Of a stretch of DNA of 64,000 nt, positions 37,791-50,443 are shown piece by piece (within the stretch, counting starts at the first letter, position 1; every line of letters begins with the position of its first letter). The DNA is from Paraspadella gotoi. Lineage: Eukaryota; Animalia; Chaetognatha. The DNA is taken from assembly GCA_051294375.1 (NCBI GenBank), contig CM119267.1, positions 302,371 to 366,370 of the forward strand, in the 5' to 3' direction. The notes under the pieces were generated by a model. The model saw only the letters and a program-made list of their open reading frames with translations, ran no database searches and was not told the DNA's origin. The translations under genes and the position numbers were made by a program.

Positions 37791-39094
37791 CGTGAGTAGA
37801 AAATATAAATGTGAATTGCGTAGTAGGGTGGAGTGATGAAAAGATTGAGTGATTGAATATTATTTTTTTGCTGCCTATGGACATGTAATTAATAAATTTT
37901 AAATCCTTTTAAAAATTTTTGTAGCATAACAGTATAGTAAATTAATTATTTATGTAATAATATCCTTAAATATCTTAAATTTCAAAATATTTTTTTTTAA
38001 TTTTTAAGAACAGATTTGATTTACCGTAAAAAACTAAGAAACTTTTATAAAATATGTTATATGATATTCTAATGTTTAGATCATAAAAAATGACTAAAAT
38101 GTTTAACATAAATAAGTTTTTACTACAGAGAATAAAAAGTCATGAATTTTTACCTTTTTTCCATTTTAAATGCTGAAGAAGAATATTTGATAACATGTTT
38201 TATATTTTTGATTCAACTTTTTATGAAGAATCTGAATCTTTAATAAAGTTTAAAAAAAAATTTTTAAAATGTATTATTTTATAAGAATATTACTACAAAT
38301 ATATTATATTTTACTATTATGTTCCGAGACAATACAAAAAAAATATTTTTTGTACTAGTTAATCATACTATCTCATATCTGAATATACTTGTTCAGTCAT
38401 TCAAGTAATTTTTTTGCTCTGAGTGCTCCACTCTATTGCGTAGTCTTCTGAAGCATTCAAAAATATTACCCTTCCAAAAAAAACCAGCTACATTGTTAGA
38501 AATGATTTTAAATCAAACAAATTCTCTTCGTGAATATCTGAATCACGTCAATTGGTTTTTGTCTCAACTTAATGATTTATATTATCTTTACTCTCATGGT
38601 CGAATTCCTACCAATAATAATTAATGATTGAATTCTCAATAATTTTAAAGAAGATCTTTTTCTCATTGGTCATTAAATTTAGTCTTTGTATAAAAGAAAG
38701 GGCAACTTTTATTTTTGAAGAGATTGCCCTGGACCATAAGGTAATTGATTGATTTACTGAAATTATTAAATAGTGGAATTAGTATTAATAAATGGTTATT
38801 TTTTGTAGCTTTTGAGCTTCCACAGCTCTTCCACTCTTCTGATTGCTCTTCCAATGGCTTTACTGATTGCTATTTCGATTTAAAGGCGACAAATTATTTT
38901 TTCTCATGAGATCGATTGAGAAAAATTTATCTTTTTCGTGAAGTCGACTGTCAAATTATACATGATTTCCTGATCATCATAAAATCGGTCTAAATTAGGC
39001 TAAAATTTAATTGTAAGTATCATTTTTAACAAAACGGGAAACGAATTTTCACTTACGCCCTCTCCCTTTTCAAAAAAAAAAGGTAAACATTTAG

Positions 39095-40378
39095 ACTTCA
39101 AATATTCCGACTGCAAAATGGATTGCGCCGTCGAATGCAAAGCGTCTAACGAAACTCTGGCCAAGGTGAGAGGTCACCAAATAGAAAATGTGGTAAGAAT
39201 TTTTTGTTTGTTTGTTGGTTTTTTTTTAGCAGTTTTTGTGCTTTCTAAATCATTATTTGATAATCTACGTAAAACTTTGGGTCCGCTTTGGCTTCAGCGG
39301 CGAAATGGAATTAGCCAAATGGATAATGTGGTTTTCATTATGACAGAGAGAGAGAAAACAATGATTTACCTTCTGAACTTTCGGAAGAATTCGTTTGAAT
39401 GCAGAGGATTACGATTGTCTCTCGTTTGCCCTTTCATGCCCCGTATGGCTCAGGGCCCCCACCACTTGGGCGAATGCAAAGGCAAAAAGTGGACGAAATA
39501 CAACATCACTCATTGTCTCACAATCGAAGAAGCTTTGCGGAAATCTAAGGATCCAACGCGCGAAGAGATTTGGCTCGGAGTCGATTGCAGCAAGAACCAC
39601 ATCTTCTCCAACGACTCCAGGGATCAGGAGTTGCTGCAGATTTTCAGGCAAAGGAGGAAAATAGTTTTATTAAGAGTTAAGACTTGAGTAATAGAAGTTG
39701 CTGCAGACATTTAACTCTAACTGGTTTCATGAGCTTTGCTTTGCTTTGCTTTGCTTTGCTTTGCTTTGCTTTGCTTTTCTTTTCTTTTCTTTTCTTTTCT
39801 TTTCTTTTCTTTTCTTTTCTTTTCTTTTCTTTTCTTTTCTTTTCTTTTCTTTTCTTTTCTTTTCTTTTTATTTCCTTTCTTCTCTTTTTTCTCCTCTATA
39901 CTCTTCTCTCAGCTATACCAACAAGAAAGGCTGGGTGATCTGCAAACATTCACAGCGCGAGAATCGCAGAGCAAAGGCTCCAACTGTGGCTGGAACCATC
40001 ATCGTGAGAGAAGAATGACTTAAGAATGTCGGACCCTGTCATGTCATGTCTTGTTATGGAAATATGGTATGTCATGAATGTCGAAAATAATTCTAATGAC
40101 AAAAGAATTTATCTATTGATTGCTTTTAATGCCCAGAGCATTTTGTCACTTTTCACACCTCTCCTTTCATCTCTCACGCCATTTCTAACGCCATCTCTCA
40201 CGCCATCTCTCACGCCATCACTCACGCCATCTCTCGCTACACACCCACCTATCAGGATGTGATCGAACGTCACTCTCACGACAAAAAAGGAAAGAAGACG
40301 CATTTTCATCTTCCTTCTGCTGTGAATTTGGGAAAATGTAAAAATGGGAAATGGACTAAAGCAAAGACTGGACCACAG
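39095..40378 (+). CDS. Cys-rich/sushi-like exons upstream of SLC9C TM1 (39095-39165, ~39388-39647, 39913-40003, 40256-40378)
   Basis: DFKYSDCKMDCAVECKAS; CPFMP..GECKGKKWTKYNITHC; KGWVICKH; NLGKCKNGKWTKAKTGPQ|VCEY. Splice phases chain into exon 40842. Confidence 0.55.
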
Positions 40379-40597
40379 GTAGGGAGAGAATCTTTCTCTC
40401 TCTCTCTCTTCTCCCCTCTCTCTCCCTCTCCCTCCCCCTCTCTCTCCCTCTCTCTCTCCCTCTCTCACTCCTTTCACCATCTGCGCCAACATTCATAATT
40501 GAAAAAAATAAATTGTACGCAGCTCATATTATGATGCCAATCAATACGTGACAATGGGCAACACAAGCGGTGGAATATGAAATGAGAGAGAGAGGGT

Positions 40598-40665
<68 letters not shown>

Positions 40666-40841
40666 GATTCAGACAAATTCAGCCCTTTCGGGAAGTCGAC
40701 TGTCAAATTATACATGATTTCCTGATTCTCATAAAATCGGTTTAAATTAGGCTAAAATTTAATTGTAAGAGAGAGAGAGAGAAAGAGACAGAGAGAGAGA
40801 GCGCGCGCTAGACAGAGACAGAGACATCTCCCCAATTCCAG

Positions 40842-43800
40842 GTCTGTGAATATCCCCGTCACGACATCGAGGATCACTCCTTCCCCTGGGTTCTCCTCTC
40901 GCTCTCTCTCTTTCTCCTCCTGGGAGTTGCGGTGATGAACTTCATCCGGGTCACTCACATCCCGATTCCGTATACAGTCCTGCTTCTCTTTCTCGGAATC
41001 ATCTTCGGCGCCATTTTTTACGCCGTATTCAGGACGCAGGTACAAGCTGGTTTATTTGAGAGCGATTGGTTCTCAATGAGTGGTTGAAAGTGATTGGTTC
41101 TAGATGACGGATTTGTTTCTTTGCTGGTGATTGGTTGATTGGTTCCAACCCTTCTACACTTTAAGCATTTGATTGGTTCCAACCCTGCTCCAATTGAGCC
41201 TTTGATTGGTTCCAACCCTGCTCCACTTTAAGCCTTCGATTGGTTCCGACCCTCCTTACTCAATCAGAAACGGTTGCCGGTTTTTGAATCATGTTTTTAC
41301 GGTTTATATACTATTAAAATGAACTTATGTACAAACTTATGTACCCATAACGTCGTATTACGCTCCGCTTCCCCTAGGCTTTAGAGAAAAAAAAATTCTC
41401 ACCAGCTCACTATCGCCTGTATACTCCCCGCCCACTTAATCAACCTCAACTAAGTCACGTGGAGTCATAGATTTCGACGATGCTTGGACAAACGATTTCT
41501 CGATGGAAAGATTTCATTGGAGTCTCGCCGACCTGTCTCTCCTTTCGACATCTGCAGGTTTGAAAAAAAGTAACCTTTCGTTGTTTTTGTTGAAGTCGCN
41601 NNNNNNNNNNNNNNNNNNNNNNNNNNNNNNNNNNNNNNNNNNNNNNNNNNNNNNNNNNNNNNNNNNNNNNNNNNNNNNNNNNNNNNNNNNNNNNNNNNNN
41701 NNNNNNNNNNNNNNNNNNNNNNNNNNNNNNNNNNNNNNNNNNNNNNNNNNNNNNNNNNNNNNNNNNNNNNNNNNNNNNNNNNNNNNNNNNNNNNNNNNNN
41801 NNNNNNNNNNNNNNNNNNNNNNNNNNNNNNNNNNNNNNNNNNNNNNNNNNNNNNNNNNNNNNNNNNNNNNNNNNNNNNNNNNNNNNNNNNNNNNNNNNNN
41901 NNNNNNNNNNNNNNNNNNNNNNNNNNNNNNNNNNNNNNNNNNNNNNNNNNNNNNNNNNNNNNNNNNNNNNNNNNNNNNNNNNNNNNNNNNNNNNNNNNNN
42001 NNNNNNNNNNNNNNNNNNNNNNNNNNNNNNNNNNNNNNNNNNNNNNNNNNNNNNNNNNNNNNNNNNNNNNNNNNNNNNNNNNNNNNNNNNNNNNNNNNNN
42101 NNNNNNNNNNNNNNNNNNNNNNNNNNNNNNNNNNNNNNNNNNNNNNNNNNNNNNNNNNNNNNNNNNNNNNNNNNNNNNNNNNNNNNNNNNNNNNNNNNNN
42201 NNNNNNNNNNNNNNNNNNNNNNNNNNNNNNNNNNNNNNNNNNNNNNNNNNNNNNNNNNNNNNNNNNNNNNNNNNNNNNNNNNNNNNNNNNNNNNNNNNNN
42301 NNNNNNNNNNNNNNNNNNNNNNNNNNNNNNNNNNNNNNNNNNNNNNNNNNNNNNNNNNNNNNNNNNNNNNNNNNNNNNNNNNNNNNNNNNNNNNNNNNNN
42401 NNNNNNNNNNNNNNNNNNNNNNNNNNNNNNNNNNNNNNNNNNNNNNNNNNNNNNNNNNNNNNNNNNNNNNNNNNNNNNNNNNNNNNNNNNNNNNNNNNNN
42501 NNNNNNNNNNNNNNNNNNNNNNNNNNNNNNNNNNNNNNNNNNNNNNNNNNNNNNNNNNNNNNNNNNNTTCGAATCCGCCTTCGGAATGCCGACCGACATG
42601 TTCATCCGATCCGTGTGGAGCATCTTGCTCGTCGCCATGCCAGGGATCATCATTGCCACTCTGCTCACGGCTCTTTGCGTCACTTACATTCCTTAGTAAG
42701 ATTAGATTCGATCGATTGATTGGATTGATTGATTGGATCGATTGAATTGTACTCCGGACCTCCCTGAATATTCGACTGCTTGTTTTTATGCCCAAGTCAA
42801 CGCTTGTTTTGCTTACCTTACCCACTTTTCCCCTCCCATTGCCTTCCGATCGAAACTAACACCGCCAAGCTTCGACATGAAATTCAACGTTGCGTTGGCG
42901 TTGGGCGCCACCGTCTCCGCCACGGATCCTGTAGCCGTCGTTTCCATTCTCGCGGAATCAGGAGCGCCAAAGTATTTGTCCGTCTTGATCGAAGGTTAAG
43001 ACGAGGATAAAGTTGATAGCGTTGAAAAGTTTCGTTGTAGTCGGGCTCCAAAAGCATAAAGCGTGATTCTTTCAGTTTGGTGGCTCAATGAGTAAAGGCA
43101 TTCGGCTCATGACCATTGGGCGCCGGGATCGATCCCCAAGTGGTAACTACCCTGCGGGAAGCGTGAGGACGTTCGGAAACTCCCTTGGGGGGGCGTGGGG
43201 AAAAATCCGGAACTTGGTTTAAAGTGCAGAACCCGTTCCATCGCTGCGAGAGGGGCTTAAAGAAGATGCGAATTATTCACTATTCACTGAATAGTATTCA
43301 GCCCACTTAGTGCCTTATTTTTGTTTGTTTGTTTTGGTCGTTTTATGATAAAGATTGATGTAGATATAAGTATTTAAATTATATAGGCGCGAAGTTAGTT
43401 GAACATTACTTCCGTAACTTCAGTAAATCCCGCTAGCAGCCTTGGACCCGGTGCTGGGCTTGGAACTTGGCCCGGGGGTTCGATACCAAGGCCGTTGACG
43501 GCCGTCATAAACCCTTCCCGAAAAGCAGATACCGGGTTGGGACTGAGCCCGGTATCTAGTGGTCACGAGCTCATGGCTTTTTACCTTTTTTAATAATCAG
43601 TAATCTCGGTTGATGACGTAAACTATTATATTATGGTCGTTGTTTTGGTTGTCAAGGCGAATCTCTGCTCAACGACGGTGCTGCCATCTTTCTCTTTGAA
43701 ATGTTCGCCGAATACAAAGGACAAAAAGAAGTGCCAGNNNNNNNNNNCGTGGTTCGGTTGCTCGGGGGTTCTGACCGTCGTCGTCATGGGCCTTTACATG

Positions 43801-46800
43801 GGTCACGCCAAGACGGCAATCTCCTTGGAAACGGAACATTTCTTGCACGAGTTTATGTGTCTCTGCGCTTGGGTCGCAAACACGTTGCTGTTCATAGCCT
43901 CCGGAGTTATCATCTTTAACACGATGATTAGGTGATGGACGGATCAATCAATCAATCAATTAATAGCTCTGTTATAAGTTTGTTAGTTGCGCCACGTGTA
44001 CTCTATAAGTCACTTTTCGGTCGGTCGGTCGGTATGTCTGTCCGTCGGATTGTCCTACTTACGTTAAAAATGCTCGTAACTCGCCCATAGTTGGTTGCTC
44101 ATTTGTTAAGACAGAAAAAAACCTCAAATCTAAGGGACTGCAAGCGCCGCCTTCCAGAAATCCTAAAACTATAAAGAATAAAAGATATAATTTCAATGCA
44201 GTGCTTGTCATAAATACAAATACTGAAGAGACAGTGATTATTGATATATGTTAATGACAGAACCGTTCAATATAAGCAGTCCCTGAGCTTCGGATCAGGC
44301 TGTAACACCGAGTTACAGGCGGGTTAAGCGCCCCGTCCCTCTAAACTGCTAGGCGACCACCGGGCTAGAACCCCGGACCTTCGGGTTGGGATGCGAATGA
44401 CTTGCCTCCGGCACCAATGGCCGCTGATGAACGGTTGGTGGATTTTAGTCCACCATAATACAATTAGTCAAGTAATCACGTGTTCACGTGAAAAGAAAGT
44501 CAATGCGTCGCAACACATTGGATGGACCTTGTTGTTTATATAAGAAATNNNNNNNNNNNNNNNNNNNNNNNNNNNNNNNNNNNNNNNNNNNNNNNNNNNN
44601 NNNNNNNNNNNNNNNNNNNNNNNNNNNNNNNNNNNNNNNNNNNNNNNNNNNNNNNNNNNNNNNNNNNNNNNNNNNNNNNNNNNNNNNNNNNNNNNNNNNN
44701 NNNNNNNNNNNNNNNNNNNNNNNNNNNNNNNNNNNNNNNNNNNNNNNNNNNNNNNNNNNNNNNNNNNNNNNNNNNNNNNNNNNNNNNNNNNNNNNNNNNN
44801 NNNNNNNNNNNNNNNNNNNNNNNNNNNNNNNNNNNNNNNNNNNNNNNNNNNNNNNNNNNNNNNNNNNNNNNNNNNNNGTTATAAAATATTGTTTTAAACG
44901 AATTATCCACCGGTGCCAAAGTTATAAAATATTTAAAGTTTAATATTTAATATTTAATATTTAATATTTAAGTTATAAAATAGTTCAAAGTTATAAAATA
45001 TTGTTTTAAACGAATTATCCACCGGTGCCTCCTCTTTCGGGAAGCGCGACAACGGCCGTAAACCGCCTTGGGGGCGTGGAAAACCCTCAAGCCTGGTTCC
45101 AAGCCCAGGGACCCGTTCCATGGGTGCTAGAGGGGATTAAAGAAGTTGCGGAGAGTCATCTTCAGCCCTCTGAGCGCCTTATTCGCAGGTTACTTCATGG
45201 CGGAAGCGTGGTTCGGTTGCTNNNNNNNNNNNNNNNNNNNNNNNNNNNNNNNNNNNNNNNNNNNNNNNNNNNNNNNNNNNNNNNNNNNNNNNNNNNNNNN
45301 NNNNNNNNNNNNNNNNNNNNNNNNNNNNNNNNNNNNNNNNNNNNNNNNNNNNNNNNNNNNNNNNNNNNNNNNNNNNNNNNNNNNNNNNNNNNNNNNNNNN
45401 NNNNNNNNNNNNNNNNNNNNNNNNNNNNNNNNNNNNNNNNNNNNNNNNNNNNNNNNNNNNNNNNNNNNNNNNNNNNNNNNNNNNNNNNNNCGGTCTGTCG
45501 GTCGGTCGGTATGTCTGTCCATCGGATTGTCCTACTTACGTTAAAAATGCTCGTAACTTGCCAATAGTTGGTTGCTCATTTGTTAAGACAGAAAAAACCT
45601 CAAATCTAAGGGACTGCAAGCGCCGCCTTCCAGAAATCCTAAAACTATAAATAATATAATTTTTATATTGGTTGTACCAATTTCATAAGACATAATTTCA
45701 ATGCAGTCCTTGTCATAAATACAAATACAATATAAAGAGGTTTGTTAAACAAATTTCTTAGTCAAGTAATCACGTGTTCACGTGAAAAGAAGGTCAACGT
45801 GGCGCAACACATTGGACCTTGTTGTTTATATAAGAAATGAATGAATGAATCAATAAATCAGTGAACGAGTGAACGAATGGCACAAAGAGAGACGATAACG
45901 AACTGGGTGAATGATTGAAATGATGGAAAACTTGAATGGAGTTCGACCCAACTGGATCCAGCGTCACGGGAACGCACATTCTTCGAGCAAGTTATGCCTT
46001 GGTGATGGATTGGTGAACATTTTAATTGTCTTTATGGATATCATGCACGTCGTCAGATCAATAGTTCTAACTTCTCTTCTGGTCCTACTATATGCAATTT
46101 TCAGGGGTGAGACNNNNNNNNNNNNNNNNNNNNNNNNNAGAGAGAGAGAGAGAGAGAGAGAAATTATTCATTTTGTCAATTATTCTTAATTATTCCATTG
46201 TGATCATTTGTGATTTTTATTTTTATTTATTAAGAATTTCAATTGAGATTTGGATTTTCTTCGGTCGCGTTATCATTGATTCATTATTTTCATTCGTTTT
46301 CTAAAAGGTTCATTTTTTCCAATCTACCCAATATTCCATTTATACATTCATTCATTCATTCATTCATTCATTCATTCATTCATTCATTCATTATTTCATT
46401 CACAACATAATTACCCTCTTTATTCTCTTTTTCCTTCATTATTTCAAACGCTTCAAATTCATTCATCCCATTCATTCATTCATCCCATTCATTCATTCAT
46501 CCCATTCATTCATTCATCCCATTCATTCATCCCATTCATTCCTTCCTTCAGCTACGGCTTCACCTACAAGACTTTCATCATCGTCGTCCACGGCGCCCTC
46601 CGCGGGGCCGTCGGGTTGGCCCTGGGTCTGGTCATGGCACGGGGCATGACCCCTAACCCGGACGTGAACGCCAAGGGTCAGAGCATCATGATCCTCCTCT
46701 CTGGGATCGTGATCATCACGCTCATGTTCAACGCTGTGACTGTGACTCCGATTCTCAAGTGTCTCGGGTTTATGAGGATCACGCCGATGAAGCGGAGAAT

Positions 46801-46823
46801 GATAGATAAGGCATAAGAGGGAG

Positions 46824-46860
<37 letters not shown>

Positions 46861-48183
46861 GGCGAACAAAATTATATTTATCGATTTAATAAAATTCGAA
46901 AAGTGAATGGAATCGAATTGGCTAATTAATTTTTATTAGAAGAAAGAGAGAGACAGCAAAGCTTAGGTTTAACATTTGTAAACAATACAATATACAGAAA
47001 AGAATTCCAAATTAGTTTTTTTTTACCGGCGTTCGAACTTCGGGAGTGAAACAATTTTCTCAGACAGGATTTGATATTTCTAAAAAATTCGATCGGCAAT
47101 AATTCAATAAGTCACTTTCGGTCAGTCGGTCAGTTTATCCCACTGATATTAAAATTGTTTATAATATGGTGGACTAAAATCCACCAACCGTTCATCAGCG
47201 GCCATTTGTGCCGGAGGCAAGTCATTCGCCTCTCAACCTAAAGATCCAGGTTTCTAGCCTGGTGGTCGCCTAGCAGTTAAGAGGGACGGGGCGCTTAACC
47301 CGCCTGTAACACGGTGTTACAGCCTGATCCGAAGCTCAGGGACTGCTTATATTGAACGGTTCTGTCACTAACACATAACAATTATCACTGTCTCTTCAAT
47401 AATATGGGTAATACTTAATTCATATTTGTTAGGAAGGTAAGACTTTTGAAATGCAAATTTATCGCACTTGTTATGAAATTAAACTCCTTAAACCCCTTTA
47501 ACCCCTTAAACGCCTTAATATTTTGATTAGCCAACTTTTAAACAGAACCTCAAAGCGAAGCGATAAATCTAAAAAACACAATTCTAATGCAATATGTAAC
47601 GTTTGTTTACAGTATTACACATTGGAATTACCGTATAATATACTAATACTATACTAATATGCTAGTGCGTAGTACCAAATAGTAATAACCAATCTAATAC
47701 TTAAGGGAGAGGTCTTTTCATACAATTCAAACATTCTTTTGAAATATTATGCCACTTCATTGATAAGAAAGCCAGGAACTCTGGGAGTGAATAAATGAGA
47801 CTGTGATTTAAAGCTGCAGGGACCTGCTTTGTCATCATGTAAGAGTGATGGAGGCCTTAGTCAGTGGCAAGATAGCTTATTTATTAAATAAATGGATAAT
47901 TTTGGTTGTACCAAATTTCATAATAATATTCAAAATTTCTACTAAAGCCTAAATAAGGCACAACGCTTTGAGTCATCTCTCTTACCCCTTGACCACCTAC
48001 TTTTCCCACCCAACCTCAAGGTGGTGGACGATATCCACGAATCGATGGCAGCTACCACAAAAAAACTCAAACGAGACACGACGTATGGAAATGTTGACTG
48101 GAATCTGCTGGAGGAAACTATAGCTTTTACTAATCCTTACGACTCTGCGGCAGCTAAGGAAAAGAGGAAGGAAGAAAGGTGAA

Positions 48184-48224
<41 letters not shown>

Positions 48225-50346
48225 GATGTATCAAATTGTATTGTGAAAAGTTATAAAATAATACCAGTAGGATTTTTAAAGTAACTCGTCTTGTCTGTCT
48301 GTCTGTTTATTTATTTTTAGTAAAATTTTAAAATTACTTTGTAAAAATATATTTTTAAAGACTGAATAAATCAGATCTAATCAGTTACGTGTGCATACTT
48401 CTTTAGCATATATTTCATATTTATGTATTTATATTACCTAAAAATTAATGCTATTCAATAGTATCAATTATTTAAGTTGATTTTTAGTAAATGTTTGTTA
48501 CATTTAGGATATTTAGAATTAAGTGAAATTGTTTGTTTTTCTGACTAACTTCAAACGCAAACGAAACGAAATAAGCTCCAAATAGCAATTTAAACATATT
48601 TTTAGAATAATTAAAAAATCAAATTCCTCAAACGCATAATCATGCTGACGCTCAACTCCTTTGTCTCATCCTTTCTTTTCTTCGCCAGAGAAAAGAAAAA
48701 AGAAAAGAAAAAAGAAGAAAAGTTAAAAAAGAAAAAGAGTAAAATGAACGAAAAATCGAAACACGCTATTAACGTGGAGGAGGAAGAGGACGAGGAAGAG
48801 GACGAGGATCTCGACGTCATCCGCGCCGTCGTCGCCGACGCCGGCGCCGCCAAATACTACGTCGACCGCAACACCAACGCCAACCGGCGCCGCGAGACGC
48901 TCCGCTTGGCGCCGCAAATGGGAGCGACTCGCGCCGCGGGACGAGTCGACGATCACTGGCGAGATCCGTGGCGAACGACTTGGTACCCGGTTCCACTCTG
49001 CGTGATCCTGGCGCCGGGACCCGAGCCTCGCTCCGTCTTGGTCATGGAGGGATCTTTGGTCGGTCAACTTCGTCATCAGCATCTGATACACAAGAGCAGG
49101 GCGTTGGCGAGGCAGCGACTCCTGGCGAGAGAGGAGGCGGCGGCAGCTTCAGCGGCTGCGGCGGCGGAGCCGGTCGTCACAGCGGCAGCAGCGGACGACG
49201 CTGATTGGTGGAATTGGAATGAAAGCAACAGAAAGACCAATAAGAGAAAGAAGGGCGCCCTACCGGCCGGCATCATGAACGTCAAAGGAGGGAACGTGTC
49301 TAAGGCGCCGACCTGGGCGCCCAGCGCACCGGCGACTCGACCGGTCGACGCTGAGACAGAAATGGAGAATTGGAACGTGAATGTGGAAAGGGTTGGAGGA
49401 AGCAATCAGACGGCTTCGGATAAGGTGTGGGCGTGAATGTGATGATGATGATGATGAAGATAATGATGATTATGATAAAGATGATGATGATAATGATGAT
49501 GAAGATAAAGATGATGATAATGATGATGATTATTAAGATGATAATGATGATGATAATAATGATAATGAAGATAAAGATGATGCTAATGATGATGAAAATG
49601 AAGATGATGATAATGATGATGAAGATAATGATGATGATTATGAAGATGATGATAATGATGATGATGATGTTTATGAAGATGATGATGATAAAGATGAGGA
49701 TGTTGATGATGACGATGACGATGATATGTGTAAAAACTTCTTAAAGTTTCAACAAACATCGCGATCAGAGATTCAAGTTGTCCTCATATTATCTTTTCAT
49801 TAAGAAAAATGTCTCACGATTTCTTGTCTCTGATTACAAGTTTTGTTTTCCTCAAGATATTCAATAGCAGTATCATCAAATCATCAATGGTTTTACCGCA
49901 ACCATACTAAAAGCACTACAACCATACTAAGAGCCTTTGACTCTCTGCTGCATGACGTCTCACTCAAAGTGCCAGTCACACCACCCCAGCTTTGCTTCGG
50001 TCAAAGCTCACAAATTTGTTCATTGGTGATGTATTGGTTTTTCTTCGGCCATCATACTATNNNNNNNNNNTTTCTTTTTTTGTGCGACCCCTGCGAGCTC
50101 GAGGCAGCATTAAAACATTCCACATTCCAATGAAGCATGGAAAGTTAGTTAGACACTGTATTGATGAGCGGAAATTTTTGTAGAGACCTCACCTCGATTC
50201 AGCTTAGGTAAGTGGAAACTGGAGTAAAATCGTGCTCAACTTGCATAAAAAGGTAAGGACGGCCAAAACGCATCACAAATCATGAAATTGGCTCTTAGGG
50301 TAAAGAACTTAAGAATAATAACATAATAATAAAACCCCGACACTGG

Positions 50347-50443
<97 letters not shown>

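Larger units (their letters stand above)
23525..38880. repeat. ~15.4 kb inverted repeat (arms ~23525-31196 and ~31312-38880) centred on an N-gap/(GA)n tract
   Basis: The right arm is the reverse complement of the left arm across genes, introns and intergenic DNA, and is enriched in single-base deletions. Confidence 0.93.

Noticed and set aside
41455-42825. ORFs of 300-450 aa containing X runs (also at 22.3-23.4, 44.5, 45.2 and 58.0 kb)
   Set aside because: Produced by reading through N-gaps.
44353-44424. Functional tRNA gene (also 47198-47269)
   Set aside because: D-arm and anticodon arm are irregular, the two copies differ in the anticodon region, and both sit inside a dispersed repeat.
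44424-44460. CTGATGA as a hammerhead core (also at ~8498 and 10204)
   Set aside because: No stem II followed by GAAA, so no ribozyme fold.
49427-49744. Met/Ile-rich ORF
   Set aside because: A (GAT)n microsatellite in an intron.
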